DNA of 64,000 nt from an uncultured Flavobacteriaceae bacterium (GTDB taxonomy: Bacteria; Bacteroidota; Bacteroidia; Flavobacteriales; Flavobacteriaceae). The notes under the pieces are model-generated. The model was not told the DNA's origin, searched no databases, and was given only the letters and a program-made list of their open reading frames with translations. The position numbers and the translations under genes were made by a program. Of this stretch, positions 36,205 to 47,462 are shown piece by piece (position 1 is the stretch's first letter; every line of letters starts with the position of its first letter). Where the stretch lies: positions 1,425-65,424 of the forward strand of contig CAJWAE010000001.1 in assembly GCA_913020075.1 (NCBI GenBank). The letters are read 5' to 3'.

Positions 36205-39200
36205 TGTTTCAATAATTTAAGTGTCTCTGAATATGAACCATAATTTATTTTCAGTATATACCAGCCTGTGAAAAAATTTGCCATGGGAATTTCTCTTCTA
36301 TCACTATGGATATCTTTAATCTCATTTGACCAAACTAATTCTCCGTCAGCAGCATATAGAAAAAGAGTTGCAGTTTTATTTTTAGGCAAAATCAATGTCG
36401 CTATATCAATAACTGGATTTGGAAAAACCTTAGCATTATCATTGAAGTTAAACCATTGATCAAAAACACCTTGACAGCTTTTATATGTCTTAACCATTAT
36501 GTGATTTAATTTTTGAGTAATGGGAAGTTGTATTTTTTCCTTTCCTGAAACTATAATTGTATCGTCATTAAAATGAACCTCAAATAACAAACTTCCCGAT
36601 ACTTCTAAGTCTAAGATACCCGTTACTTGGCTGTAGGAAATAAGAACGTCTAAAGTGTCCGGTTTTATTATTTCAGTCTCAAAACAATATTCAAATTCTA
36701 TAAAATAATCGCTGTAAATACAAATTTCATAAACTCCAGCCGCTAGGTCTTCCAATACTTTTCCTTGATTTGTAAAAACTACTTGGCGAACATATCCATT
36801 TGGTCCATTAATATCAGCTTTATATATAAAATCTGCTAATGCTCCTAGAGTTATAACTCCATTCGATTTGTTAGGGCAACTAGTGTCTTTTTTAGTTAGT
36901 GTGATATTTTTTGATGAAAAAATATCACACACATCTCCAATTCCGTTGTTGTCAATGTCAGATTGATCTTCATTAGTTATGTCAGGACAGTTATCAAATT
37001 GATCTACTGTAGAATCATTATCAGAATTAGGTAATGCCTCACCTAAAACACAAAGGTTCAGTGTAAATTCAAATAAAGTCCCGGTATCTTCAATGTACCC
37101 GTCTTCTACAATAAGTTTCCAAATCCCTTTTGTTGAAATACCATAAATAGAACTTATACTTTGGGTGGGCTTATACCTCCCTGTAAAAGGAGCTGTTCCG
37201 TTAAAAATATTAACATTTGCTTCTTGATCAAAAATGGTCTGAGTGTAGTCATCATTTGAACCACCTAGCTCGCTGCTTAAAAGAAATCTAGTTCCTTCAG
37301 GTGTTTCAAGATATAAAGTCAAATCTTCAAGCCAAGTATGATCCAAATCTACAATAATATCCAAATCTAAAATAGGTGAATCAAAATTGACATTAATAAT
37401 TGCAACTGTTCTTCCATCAACAGAATCAGAAGCATCTTGAAGAGGCTTAGGAATACTTAAAGAGCTTAATTCTAAGCATGAAATTTGATTAGTAGTAAAC
37501 GAAAACGAATCCGAGAAAGTACCTTGGCTACAAAAATTTTGATTTTGAACTCGCCAAAAATACTGAGTATTTCCATTTAAATTTTTTAAATCAAATTGGT
37601 TTAAGGGGATAAGAGTGTCCAGTAAAATATTTGTAAAGCTATCCTCTAGGGATAATTGAAATCGATAATTATCATTATTTATTGAATCTTCCCAAATCAA
37701 TTCAGGACTCAATTTTTCTTTTAAAGCTTGATTTTCCGGAGCTATTAGCAAAGGAGTGGTAATTATACGTTCTCTTTGCTTCAATTCAAACCCATATGAC
37801 TCTGATAGGTTTTCTCCAATAGCTAGAATATTGAATTCAATATCTGCTGGAGATAATTCACTAAGACCAACCAAAGTTATAAAACCTGAAGAATCATTTA
37901 AAGAATATGAGGATTTTGAAAATTGAACCTGAACTCCATTAGTCAGACCATCTAATTGAAGAGAAAACATAGAATTAAATTGATCTTTTCTTTCTATATC
38001 GAAATTATAGCGAATTGAATTATTCAAACAATTAATCTGCGAATATTCTTCAAAATTTATAATTAAATCTCTAGACTCAACACTAAATTTATTCTGATTG
38101 ATTGCAAAGAAAATACCTCCTAAAGGTTTAACTTTAATTCGAGCTTGATTTGTATTTATGTTATTAGGCACAAGAACCTGAGCAATTCCGTCATTTGGGG
38201 TTTCTTCTATTAAAATTATTGGAAAAGTAACTCCTCCATCATTAGAGAGGGAAATTTTAACCTTCGAAGCATTTATAGGTTGTTGATTCGTTTGAGCAAC
38301 ATTCCAAGAAACTGTTTCAAGAGCTCCTCCTTTCCATACAATAGTTTCACTATTTTGTGAAGTCACAAAAAAAGGTCCTGCTGAAGGAATAACAGTTATT
38401 TCAATTTCATCCTGAGCTAGCTGGATGAAATTTTCTTTGCTTTTTCTAACACTTAAACCCCACTTCATTGTTCTTCCCACCATGGGCACTGTTTCCCACG
38501 CACTATTTAATACAGGATTTTCTTGGGTTAATTCATTTAATAAAACAAGTTCCATCTTAGGGATATTTCTAACTTTATTTTGCTGAGGGGGGAGTGACCT
38601 TGCCATCGAACCAATAACATTATTGGGGCCAAAATTGGCAGCAGTGACTTGACCGCTATCTAGTTGCTCCCAGCAGAAAGTTAAATTATCTTGTGATTCA
38701 AAATCTTTTGCTATTAATTCGTAAGCAGTTCCAATCGGAATACTGTAATCTATTCCTGCATCAACATCAAAGATATTAGATTCTAAAGCTTCCAGTGTTC
38801 CACAATCTAGAGTAGAGATATTACTTAAAATATTCTGGATACTGAAATAATGAAAATAGGGATCTCCATGAAGCTGAACATTATCTTCTCCAACAATTCC
38901 AGCATAACCCATAATGGTAGTTCCACTTCCGGGTTCTGCATTAAAACCAGTTCCTTCAGACTCAAAACTATAAGTGTGGTATGCTCCAAACTGATGACCT
39001 ATTTCATGACCCGCAAAGTCCATATCGAAATAATCATTACGATATTCTCCACCAAAAACATCAACAAAAGGATGAGTAGAAAAACCTTGCCCTTTTGCAC
39101 CCTCTTGACAAACACACCCTATACAGCCTGCATCACCGTTAGGTTCTCCATAATCAAACAAATGACCTACATCATATGATTCGTTACCTAAAACTTCATC

Positions 39201-40064
39201 TAATGTTTTTTGTAGTTCCGAAGCAAAATTACCGCTAAAAGGATCTGCATCTTGCATACTATTACTCGCCCCTTCACCTTCATAAATCAATGATTCGTCT
39301 GAAACTAGTTCAAGACGAATACTTAGTTCGTCTTCAAAAACACTACTTATTCTATTTAATGAACTGACTACTGCCCCATAGGCATCTTCTTTATTTGAAC
39401 CATTGCTATTATCATCATCTCCAAAAAAATTGGTGAATTCTACTGTTGCTGCAATAGCAATTCTAAAAATTCTAAGTTGATCGTTCACAACGTTTATTTT
39501 TGAGGCTTTACCAGTTATCTTTCTTTTATTTACAGAGTTATTCGTTTTACAAAAAAGAGACATACTTAAATCTGTTTTTGTTTTGAGGTATGTGAAATGA
39601 AGATTTTTTCTTCCTTTCACAGGCTGCACAAAAAAATCAGGCCCTTCCGGAAGCTTAATCCATGCATTAACACGATTAGAATGTAAACTAATTCGTGCAC
39701 GAACATTAGAACGACTAATACTTTGGCCTATATAGGTTTTTATGTTGGGGTATTTTTCTGAAAGACTTAAAGACAAAATAGGTGCTAATACAACTGAAAA
39801 AGTCTCTTCATCTCCTTTCTCATTGGGTAAAATCAAAAATTGTCCCTCTTGATTTTTTAAATTAGATATTATTGCAGAAGCTTTTACCGTCATTCTCTCG
39901 TAAAACTCTTCTCCAACTATTTTAGAAGAAAAAGAATTGTTTGATAGGCTAAAATCTATTTTATTCCATGTCTGTTGACTTATTACCAATGAAGGCAGAA
40001 ACAACAAAAAGAATAATCCTTTATATTTAGAAATAGGTGAATTAATAAACAGTTTTTTTATCAA
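36201..40064 (-). CDS. Large secreted zinc metalloprotease (reprolysin/metzincin-like) with P-domain, TSP3-type Ca-binding repeats and a T9SS C-terminal sorting domain
   Basis: Signal peptide. Zinc motif HEIGHQFGAYHT (HExxHxxGxxH). Proprotein-convertase P-domain-like LDLDIIVDLDHTWLEDLTLYLETPEG...GIWKLIVEDGYIEDTGTLFEFTLNL. TSP3-like DNCPDITNEDQSDIDNNGIGDVCD. C-terminus VFPNPVIDIATLIL...GWYILKINYG...LKLLKQ. Confidence 0.8.
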   Translation of the reverse strand: MIKKLFINSPISKYKGLFFLLFLPSLVISQQTWNKIDFSLSNNSFSSKIVGEEFYERMTVKASAIISNLKNQEGQFLILPNEKGDEETFSVVLAPILSLSLSEKYPNIKTYIGQSISRSNVRARISLHSNRVNAWIKLPEGPDFFVQPVKGRKNLHFTYLKTKTDLSMSLFCKTNNSVNKRKITGKASKINVVNDQLRIFRIAIAATVEFTNFFGDDDNSNGSNKEDAYGAVVSSLNRISSVFEDELSIRLELVSDESLIYEGEGASNSMQDADPFSGNFASELQKTLDEVLGNESYDVGHLFDYGEPNGDAGCIGCVCQEGAKGQGFSTHPFVDVFGGEYRNDYFDMDFAGHEIGHQFGAYHTYSFESEGTGFNAEPGSGTTIMGYAGIVGEDNVQLHGDPYFHYFSIQNILSNISTLDCGTLEALESNIFDVDAGIDYSIPIGTAYELIAKDFESQDNLTFCWEQLDSGQVTAANFGPNNVIGSMARSLPPQQNKVRNIPKMELVLLNELTQENPVLNSAWETVPMVGRTMKWGLSVRKSKENFIQLAQDEIEITVIPSAGPFFVTSQNSETIVWKGGALETVSWNVAQTNQQPINASKVKISLSNDGGVTFPIILIEETPNDGIAQVLVPNNINTNQARIKVKPLGGIFFAINQNKFSVESRDLIINFEEYSQINCLNNSIRYNFDIERKDQFNSMFSLQLDGLTNGVQVQFSKSSYSLNDSSGFITLVGLSELSPADIEFNILAIGENLSESYGFELKQRERIITTPLLIAPENQALKEKLSPELIWEDSINNDNYRFQLSLEDSFTNILLDTLIPLNQFDLKNLNGNTQYFWRVQNQNFCSQGTFSDSFSFTTNQISCLELSSLSIPKPLQDASDSVDGRTVAIINVNFDSPILDLDIIVDLDHTWLEDLTLYLETPEGTRFLLSSELGGSNDDYTQTIFDQEANVNIFNGTAPFTGRYKPTQSISSIYGISTKGIWKLIVEDGYIEDTGTLFEFTLNLCVLGEALPNSDNDSTVDQFDNCPDITNEDQSDIDNNGIGDVCDIFSSKNITLTKKDTSCPNKSNGVITLGALADFIYKADINGPNGYVRQVVFTNQGKVLEDLAAGVYEICIYSDYFIEFEYCFETEIIKPDTLDVLISYSQVTGILDLEVSGSLLFEVHFNDDTIIVSGKEKIQLPITQKLNHIMVKTYKSCQGVFDQWFNFNDNAKVFPNPVIDIATLILPKNKTATLFLYAADGELVWSNEIKDIHSDRREIPMANFFTGWYILKINYGSYSETLKLLKQ

Positions 40065-40125
40065 TGTTGATCAATATTCTTGGTTAAAAATAAGGAAACA
40101 AATTAGTCTATCTATGATAATGACT

Positions 40126-40133
40126 TACTTTTG
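40126..40133 (+). promoter_or_regulatory. -7 box TACTTTTG upstream of ribF
   Basis: Exact TAnnTTTG match, 29 nt upstream of ATG 40163. Confidence 0.4.
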
Positions 40134-40162
40134 TATAATAGAATAGATAGTTTCTTTGTTCG

Positions 40163-41101
40163 ATGAAAGTTATACGTGACATTAAAAATTACACAGATAC
40201 CTCACAATCGATTTTAACGATTGGCACGTTTGACGGTGTTCATATTGGGCACCAGAAAGTTATCAAGTCTTTAGTTGAAAGAGCTCGACAAAAAAAAATA
40301 TTAGCTAATGTTCTGACTTTCTTTCCTCATCCTAGAATGATTTTACAAAAAGATTCCAAAATCAAACTTATTGACACGCTTAAAGAAAAAGAATTATTTT
40401 TCAAAGAACTAGGTATAGATAATCTAATTATTCATCCTTTTTCTAAAGAATTTTCTAGACTTACTGCACTCGAATTCACACGAGACATTCTGGTCAATCA
40501 TTTAAAAATAGCTTCTTTATATATTGGTTATGATCATCGCTTTGGAAGAAATCGTGAGGCAACAGTAGAAGATCTAATTGATTTTGGAAAAACATACAAT
40601 TTTGAGATTATAATAATCCCTGCACAAGATATATCCATGGTAACTGTTAGCTCAACGAAGATCAGAAAAGCTATTGAAGAGGGAGATTTATCTCAGACTA
40701 AACTTTTTTTAGGACGTCCTTTTCAACTTTCCGGAAAAGTGACCAAAGGAAAAGGTATTGGACGAACTATAGCTTTCCCAACTGCTAATATTAAAATTGA
40801 AGAATCATATAAAATAATTCCTCCTCAAGGAGTGTATCTTGTTTCTATTGATCATGAAAACAGAATATATTTTGGAATGATGAATATTGGAATTCGTCCA
40901 ACTTTAATAGGAGATAACGAAACTATTGAAGTTCATATTTTTGAATTTAATGAAGATATATATAATGAAATATTGAAAATATCTCTTCTTGAAAAAATCA
41001 GAGAGGAAGAAAAATTCGAATCCCTTGAAGCCTTAAAAAGACAACTAGAAATAGATAAAGAAACTTGTAAAAGAACCCTTGCAAATAAATGCTTAAAATA
41101 A
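40163..41101 (+). CDS. ribF: Bifunctional riboflavin kinase/FAD synthetase
   Basis: LTIGTFDGVHIGHQKVI, GYDHRFGRNREA, GKGIGRTIAFPTANI, IEVHIFEFNEDIY. Confidence 0.9.
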   Translation: MKVIRDIKNYTDTSQSILTIGTFDGVHIGHQKVIKSLVERARQKKILANVLTFFPHPRMILQKDSKIKLIDTLKEKELFFKELGIDNLIIHPFSKEFSRLTALEFTRDILVNHLKIASLYIGYDHRFGRNREATVEDLIDFGKTYNFEIIIIPAQDISMVTVSSTKIRKAIEEGDLSQTKLFLGRPFQLSGKVTKGKGIGRTIAFPTANIKIEESYKIIPPQGVYLVSIDHENRIYFGMMNIGIRPTLIGDNETIEVHIFEFNEDIYNEILKISLLEKIREEEKFESLEALKRQLEIDKETCKRTLANKCLK

Positions 41102-41134
41102 AATTAATTTATTTTTATACAAAACAAATCCTCC

Positions 41135-42406
41135 ATGCTCGCACTCCAATACATCAGAGAAAACAAAGACATACTTTTAAAAGGTTTGGAAAAAAGAAAT
41201 TTTAAACAGCCTGAGTTAATTGATCAGATTATTGAATTAGATAAAGATCGAAGAACACAACAAGCAGAATTAGACCATCACTTGTCAAAGACAAATAAAC
41301 TTACTAAAGATATTGGAAGCCTTTTCAAAAGTGGAGAAAGTATAAAAGCTAACTTACTAAAACAAAAAACTACTGCCTTAAAAAATGAAACAAAAGCTTT
41401 ACAAGAAGCTTTACAAAAGACGAGCTTAACACTATTCGATATTCGTACTCAAATTCCAAATGTTCCTCATGAAAGTGTTCCATCAGGAAATTCTGAAACA
41501 GATAATGAAGAGATTTTTCGTTCTGGAGATATCCCCGATTTGGGAAATAAAGCACTTCCTCATTGGGAACTTGCTGTCAAATATGATTTAATTGATTTTG
41601 AATTAGGTAATAAAATAACAGGAGCAGGATTTCCGGTGTATAAAGGAAAAGGAGCTCGATTACAAAGAGGTTTAATTAACTTCTTCTTGGATCAAAATAC
41701 AGCAGCTGGCTATAAAGAAATGCAAGTTCCTCATTTAGTTAATGAAGCCTCTGGATTTGCAACAGGCCAACTTCCTGACAAAGAAGGCCAAATGTATCAT
41801 GTGCAAAACGACGACTTATACTTAATTCCAACTGCTGAAGTTCCTTTAACAAATCTTTATCGAGATAATTTACTAGACTTTTCTGAACTTCCTGTTTGCT
41901 TAACAGGATACACTCCTTGTTTTAGAAGGGAAGCAGGAAGTTATGGATCCCATGTAAGAGGATTGAATCGATTACATCAATTTGATAAAGTTGAAATTAT
42001 TAGGATAGAAGAACCGAAAAACACTATGAAAGCACTAGATCAAATGGTAGAACATGTGAAATCTATTTTAGAAGGATTACAGCTACCCTTCAGAATATTA
42101 CGTCTATGTGGTGGTGATTTAGGTTTTACCTCAGCTTTAACATACGATTTTGAAATCTATTCAGCAGCACAAAAACGTTGGTTAGAAGTAAGCTCGATAT
42201 CAACATTCAACGATTTTCAAGCAGAAAGATTAAAATTACGCTACAGAGATGCAACTGGAAATAAAAAAAGTGTTCACACTTTAAACGGAAGTTCGTTAGC
42301 ACTTCCAAGAATAGTTGCTGGACTTCTTGAAAATTTTCAAAATTTGGATAGTATATCAATTCCTAAAGTATTGATACCTTACACAGGTTTTGATAATATC
42401 AACTAA
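41135..42406 (+). CDS. serS: Serine--tRNA ligase
   Basis: GAGFPVYKGKGARLQRGLINFFLD, LIPTAEVPLTNLY, CFRREAGSYG, TLNGSSLALPR. Confidence 0.95.
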   Translation: MLALQYIRENKDILLKGLEKRNFKQPELIDQIIELDKDRRTQQAELDHHLSKTNKLTKDIGSLFKSGESIKANLLKQKTTALKNETKALQEALQKTSLTLFDIRTQIPNVPHESVPSGNSETDNEEIFRSGDIPDLGNKALPHWELAVKYDLIDFELGNKITGAGFPVYKGKGARLQRGLINFFLDQNTAAGYKEMQVPHLVNEASGFATGQLPDKEGQMYHVQNDDLYLIPTAEVPLTNLYRDNLLDFSELPVCLTGYTPCFRREAGSYGSHVRGLNRLHQFDKVEIIRIEEPKNTMKALDQMVEHVKSILEGLQLPFRILRLCGGDLGFTSALTYDFEIYSAAQKRWLEVSSISTFNDFQAERLKLRYRDATGNKKSVHTLNGSSLALPRIVAGLLENFQNLDSISIPKVLIPYTGFDNIN

Positions 42407-42717
42407 TGATTATCTACAATGTTACTTCACAAATTGCCCAAGAGATTCAAGAGGAATGGATCGATTGGATGCAAAATATTTTTATTCCAAAAGTTTTAGA
42501 CGCTCCATATTTTTTTGAAGTACATATTTTAAAAGTTCATATGGACGGAATATCTGATCCAACATATGCTGTTCAGTTCAAAAGCAACTCAAATTCATTA
42601 TTAAAATCCTATTTATTAGAAAAGTCAGTTCAACACAAAAATGAAATAAAAGAGCGCTTTGGAGATCAAGTATTATCGTTTGAAACAAAACTAGAACTTT
42701 TAAGTAAACATTCATGA
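42406..42717 (+). CDS. DUF4286-like small protein
   Basis: 103 aa, [31 protein letters not shown]. It resembles what I recall of DUF4286 and is coupled by overlaps to serS and rsmA. Confidence 0.55.
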   Translation: MIIYNVTSQIAQEIQEEWIDWMQNIFIPKVLDAPYFFEVHILKVHMDGISDPTYAVQFKSNSNSLLKSYLLEKSVQHKNEIKERFGDQVLSFETKLELLSKHS

Positions 42718-43499
42718 AACCTGTACGTGCGAAAAAAAAACTAGGACAACACTTTTTAAAAGATCTTAACATTGCAAAAAAAATTGCTGATTTATTAGAC
42801 TTTAAAGAATTTAATACCGTTTTAGAAATAGGACCTGGTATGGGTGTTTTAACTCAGTTTATCGTTGAAAAAAAAAAATCTCTAAATCTTATTGAAATTG
42901 ATTTAGAATCTGTTGAATATCTTAAAAAAACATTCAGTTCACTTGAAACTAATATAATTGAAGGGGATTTTTTAAAAATAGATTTATTACAAATTTTCAA
43001 GAAAGAACCATTTGCCATAATTGGTAACTTTCCTTTTAACATTTCTACTCAAATTGTCTTCAAAACCCTTGAACACAGAAATCAAATTCCTTTTTTTGCT
43101 GGAATGTTCCAAAAAGAAGTAGCCGAACGAATTTGTGAGCCTCCTGGATCAAAGAAGTACGGAATTCTTTCTGTTCTAGCGCAGCTTTTTTATGAAACTA
43201 GTTACCTTTTTACTGTTCCTCCTAACGTTTTTAATCCACCGCCTAAAGTAGATTCTGCAGTATTAAAAATGGTTAGAAAAGACGATTTTAGCTTAAATTG
43301 TGACGAAGTTTTACTCTTTAAAATTGTGAAATTAAGCTTTCAACAACGTCGTAAAACTTTAAGAAACAGTTTAAAAACATTTAATATTTCTGATAATATG
43401 CGAGAAGATCCTATCTTTGGACTTCGTCCAGAGAAGCTCTCAGGGAAAGACTTTATCCAACTGACAAAAAGGATCGGCCATGGCAATATTTCAAATTGA
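42714..43499 (+). CDS. rsmA: 16S rRNA (adenine1518/1519-N6)-dimethyltransferase
   Basis: [47 protein letters not shown]. Confidence 0.9.
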   Translation: MKPVRAKKKLGQHFLKDLNIAKKIADLLDFKEFNTVLEIGPGMGVLTQFIVEKKKSLNLIEIDLESVEYLKKTFSSLETNIIEGDFLKIDLLQIFKKEPFAIIGNFPFNISTQIVFKTLEHRNQIPFFAGMFQKEVAERICEPPGSKKYGILSVLAQLFYETSYLFTVPPNVFNPPPKVDSAVLKMVRKDDFSLNCDEVLLFKIVKLSFQQRRKTLRNSLKTFNISDNMREDPIFGLRPEKLSGKDFIQLTKRIGHGNISN

Positions 43500-44838
43500 T
43501 ACTCCCTTTTTAAAAGAAATTAAAAAACTTATTGAACAAGAGGAAAATATTGTACTTAAAACAAAGTTTAAGCCAATTCACTATGCCGACTTGGCAGAAA
43601 TTATTGAATCACTCTCAATAGATGACGCCACCTATCTGATAAAAATTTTAAAAAGCGAAAACACAGCAGATGCTCTAGCTGAAGTAGATCCAGATATTCG
43701 AGAACGAATTTTAGAAAATCTATCTACCAAAGAAATAGCAAAAGAAGTTGCAGAATTAGATTCAGACGATGCAACGGACATCATACTAGAACTACCTGAG
43801 GAGCGTCAAGAAAAAGTAATGTCTCAAATTGATGATGATGCACATGTTAAAGACATTCGAGATTTATTGCGGTATAAAGACAATACAGCAGGAGGACTAA
43901 TGGCAAAGGAGTTGGTCAAAGTTGAAGAAGACTTAAGTGTTTTAAAATGTTTAAATGAGATGCGATCTCAGGCTGAAAATATATCTCGAGTTCATTCAAT
44001 ATATGTAGTAGATAAAAGAAATAGACTCAAGGGAAGGCTTTCACTGAAAGATTTAATAACCGCTAATTCTAAAGATAAAGTTAAAGACATTTATATTCCT
44101 GAAGTGGATTATGTCTCAGTTGACCAAGAGAATGAAGAAGTAGCTAAAATAATGTCAAAATATGATTTGGAAGCCATACCTGTAGTTAACGAAAAAAAAG
44201 AACTATTGGGTAGAATTACCATAGACGATATTGTTGATGTAATTAAAGAAGAAGCTGGTAAAGATTATCAGTTAGCTGCTGGTATTTCAAAGGATGTTGA
44301 AGCAGATGACACTATTTTTGAACATGTAAAAGCCCGTTTACCCTGGCTTTTTTTAGGTCTTTTAGGCGGACTAGGGAGTGTCTTTATATTACAGGGTTTC
44401 GAATCAATAATGGAAGAACCTTCTCTGCGTAATCTTTTTTTTTACACTCCTTTAATAGCTGCAATGGCAGGAAATGTGGGGGTACAATCTTCAGCGATTA
44501 TTGTTCAAGGTATAGCGAATGACGTTGTCAAAGGCTCACTTTTCAATCGGTTAATCAAAGAAATTAGTTTGGGTCTAATAAATGGATTTGCTTTAGCTGT
44601 TATTATAATACTTTTTGGGCTTATCTCTGATCAGGAATTTTTAGTAAGTATTACAATTGCTGGCTCCATGATGCTGGTTATAGTTGTCGCAGCATTAGTA
44701 GGCACTTTTGTTCCAATTATTCTTAATAAGCGTGGAATTGACCCTGCAATCGCAACTGGACCATTTATTACTACTTCTAATGATATTTTTGGAATTTTCA
44801 TGTTTTTTTATATCGCAAAATTAGCCTTAGGGTTTTAA
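43480..44838 (+). CDS. mgtE: Magnesium transporter MgtE
   Basis: MgtE N-domain, two CBS domains, and the TM domain with [17 protein letters not shown] and [15 protein letters not shown]. Confidence 0.9.
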   Translation: MAIFQIDTPFLKEIKKLIEQEENIVLKTKFKPIHYADLAEIIESLSIDDATYLIKILKSENTADALAEVDPDIRERILENLSTKEIAKEVAELDSDDATDIILELPEERQEKVMSQIDDDAHVKDIRDLLRYKDNTAGGLMAKELVKVEEDLSVLKCLNEMRSQAENISRVHSIYVVDKRNRLKGRLSLKDLITANSKDKVKDIYIPEVDYVSVDQENEEVAKIMSKYDLEAIPVVNEKKELLGRITIDDIVDVIKEEAGKDYQLAAGISKDVEADDTIFEHVKARLPWLFLGLLGGLGSVFILQGFESIMEEPSLRNLFFYTPLIAAMAGNVGVQSSAIIVQGIANDVVKGSLFNRLIKEISLGLINGFALAVIIILFGLISDQEFLVSITIAGSMMLVIVVAALVGTFVPIILNKRGIDPAIATGPFITTSNDIFGIFMFFYIAKLALGF

Positions 44839-45780
44839 ATGAACTCAAAAAAAATTCTTCATGTTGATGAAAATCATCCATTGCTCATTAAGGGTTTGAG
44901 TGATTTTGGGTATAAAAATATATTATCATACCACACACCTTTAGATGAAATAAAAAAAGAATTATTTAAATATGAAGGTTTAATAATTCGTAGTCGTTTT
45001 CCAATAGATAAAGAAATCATAGATGCTGCCTCAAATCTTAAATTTATTGCTCGAGTAGGTTCTGGACTAGAAAATATTGCTGTTGATTATGCAAACTCTA
45101 AAAACATCTACCTAATTGCTGCGCCAGAGGGAAATAGAAATGCAGTTGGCGAACATGCTATAGGACTTTTGTTAAGCCTTTTGAATAAGTTAAGATTAGG
45201 ACATTCAAGTATTCAAAAAGGAAACTGGTTAAGAGAAGACCATAGAGGGTTTGAATTAGAAGGAAAAACTTTAGGAATTATTGGATATGGTAATACAGGT
45301 AAAAACTTTGCTGAAAAACTTAAAGGTTTTAACGTAAAGGTAATTTACTATGATATTAAACCGAATTTGAGTAATAAGTATGCAGAACAAGTTTCTTTAA
45401 AAGAACTTCAAGAGCAAGCAGAGGTTCTGAGTTTACATGTTCCACAAACTCGATTTACAACAGGAATGATAAATAACGAATTTATTGCTAGAATGCGTCA
45501 TCCTTTTTGGTTCATTAATACCTCTAGAGGTAAAGCCGTTATAACTGAAGATCTAGTTAAGGGACTCTACTCCAAAAAAATATTAGGCGCTGGTTTAGAT
45601 GTTTTAGAATATGAATCAAGTTCTTTTCAGTCTATTTTCAAAAATAAAAAGCGCCCTAAAGCATTTGATTATCTATTAAATGCAGAAAATGTTATACTCA
45701 GTCCTCATGTAGCTGGCTGGACTGCTGAAAGTCATATTAAGTTAGCAAAGACTATTTTAGATAAAATAAAAACTTTATAA
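44839..45780 (+). CDS. D-isomer-specific 2-hydroxyacid dehydrogenase family protein (PGDH-like)
   Basis: NAD fold GIIGYGNTGKNFA, NTSRGKAV, and catalytic LSPHVAGWT. Confidence 0.8.
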   Translation: MNSKKILHVDENHPLLIKGLSDFGYKNILSYHTPLDEIKKELFKYEGLIIRSRFPIDKEIIDAASNLKFIARVGSGLENIAVDYANSKNIYLIAAPEGNRNAVGEHAIGLLLSLLNKLRLGHSSIQKGNWLREDHRGFELEGKTLGIIGYGNTGKNFAEKLKGFNVKVIYYDIKPNLSNKYAEQVSLKELQEQAEVLSLHVPQTRFTTGMINNEFIARMRHPFWFINTSRGKAVITEDLVKGLYSKKILGAGLDVLEYESSSFQSIFKNKKRPKAFDYLLNAENVILSPHVAGWTAESHIKLAKTILDKIKTL

Positions 45781-45788
45781 ATTATAAT

Positions 45789-46205
45789 ATGAATATACTG
45801 GTGTTGTGTACTGGAAATTCTTGTCGAAGTCAAATGGCTCATGGTTGGTTAAATTATTTTTCAGGAGGAACTTTAAATGTTTACAGCGCTGGAATTGAAA
45901 CCCATGGCTTGAATTCTAAAGCAATCTCAGTAATGTCAGAGGAAGGAATTGATATAAGTCGACACACTTCAAATCATGTCGATGAGTATCAAAAAGTTGA
46001 CTTTAATTTTATTATTACTGTTTGTAATCATGCTGCTGAAAATTGCCCAGTTATTCCATCTAAAAATGCACTTCGTTTTCATTTTAACTTTTCTGATCCA
46101 TCGAAAGTAGAAGGTGGAGAAGTTGAAATTCAAAAAGCTTTTAGAAAAACCAGAAAAGAAATCAAAAACTACTGTAAAAAGTTTGTCAAAAAAATATCTG
46201 CCTAG
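45789..46205 (+). CDS. arsC: Arsenate reductase, LMW-PTP/thioredoxin-coupled type
   Basis: CX5R loop LCTGNSCRSQMA plus the downstream Cys pair in TVCNHAAENCP. Confidence 0.7.
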   Translation: MNILVLCTGNSCRSQMAHGWLNYFSGGTLNVYSAGIETHGLNSKAISVMSEEGIDISRHTSNHVDEYQKVDFNFIITVCNHAAENCPVIPSKNALRFHFNFSDPSKVEGGEVEIQKAFRKTRKEIKNYCKKFVKKISA

Positions 46206-47455
46206 CTGACAACAAACTGGACTGTTTCTTGAGCACGTTGTTCAAGCAATATATTTTTTTTTGTTTTTTTTATGAATTTATTGGCCTTCTCATCCAGATG
46301 ACGAATAGTATATAAATCTACTTCTGCGGTGACCTCAACATTAAAACGAGAACGAAGAACTAAAACTAATTCTTCCAAACGATTGTATTTATTATTTACA
46401 CATACAGAAAAACTAATGGCTGAATTTTGAATCAACTCCACTGACATTTGATATTCATGTAGTAAATTAAAAATATAACTGATATTTTCCTCAACTATAA
46501 AAGAAAAATCAATAGAAGAAAGACAAAGTAAAACTTGATTTTTTTTAACGATATAACATGGGATGTGAGGTTCTAATGCTTTTCCTTTAGAAACCTTTGT
46601 ACCTGCAGCAGTTGGATTTTCAAAAGATTTTACGAATAATGGTATTTCTTTTCGCTGAAGGGGCTGCAGGGTTTTCGGATGAATAACTGATGCGCCATAA
46701 AAGGCTAATTCTATGGCTTCTCTGTAGGAAATTTGGTTTAATAACTGGGTGTCTTTAAACACACGTGGGTCTCCATTTAAGACACCAGGAACATCTTTCC
46801 AAATGGTTACAGATTCAGCATTTAATGCATATGCAAAAATAGCAGCACTATAATCAGATCCTTCTCTACCAAGCGTAGTCGAAAAATTATCCGAATTACT
46901 TCCAATAAATCCTTGTGAAACAATTAATGATTTTTTTTTGGTTTTTTCTTTAATAAGATTTTGCGTCTGTTCCCAGTCTAAATTTGCAGCACGATAATAA
47001 TCATCTGTTTTAATACACTCCCGTGCGTCCAACCAAAAACTAGTAAACCCTAAATGATTTAAGTAGTCATTAATGATTGTTGTTGATAAAAGCTCACCAA
47101 AACAAACGACCTGGTCATAAACAAAACTATAATTAGGAGATTTGTTGTTTTTAAAAAAAACATAAAGTTCTTCAAAAAATTCATTAATCAACCTGATGAG
47201 TGAGCTTTTTTCGTGATTAAAAAGTTCTTTTATAATTTTAATATGAAACTCTTTTAAAGGCAACAAACTAGAAGGTGTTTGATGTTTATTATTAAAATAT
47301 TCTGAAATGATTTGTTCAAGTACGTTAGTTGTTTTTCCCATTGCAGACACAACAACTAATGTATCTTTATGTCCTATGGTTTTTAATACGTGAGCTAAGT
47401 TTTTTACTCCAAAAGCGTCTTTAACAGAGGCTCCTCCAAATTTAAATACCTTCAT
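46202..47455 (-). CDS. Aspartate kinase
   Basis: MKVFKFGGASVKD, VVVSAMGKTTN, TLGREGSDYSAAIFA, and C-terminal ACT-like region. Confidence 0.85.
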   Translation of the reverse strand: MKVFKFGGASVKDAFGVKNLAHVLKTIGHKDTLVVVSAMGKTTNVLEQIISEYFNNKHQTPSSLLPLKEFHIKIIKELFNHEKSSLIRLINEFFEELYVFFKNNKSPNYSFVYDQVVCFGELLSTTIINDYLNHLGFTSFWLDARECIKTDDYYRAANLDWEQTQNLIKEKTKKKSLIVSQGFIGSNSDNFSTTLGREGSDYSAAIFAYALNAESVTIWKDVPGVLNGDPRVFKDTQLLNQISYREAIELAFYGASVIHPKTLQPLQRKEIPLFVKSFENPTAAGTKVSKGKALEPHIPCYIVKKNQVLLCLSSIDFSFIVEENISYIFNLLHEYQMSVELIQNSAISFSVCVNNKYNRLEELVLVLRSRFNVEVTAEVDLYTIRHLDEKANKFIKKTKKNILLEQRAQETVQFVVS

Positions 47456-47462
47456 TTTTTTA

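Noticed and set aside
45789-46205. Stand-alone arsC as a remnant of an ars resistance island
   Set aside because: It is embedded by 4-nt and 9-nt junctions among core genes, with no arsR/arsB/acr3 and no decay signs nearby. It could equally be a generic LMW phosphatase, so there is no evidence for an island.
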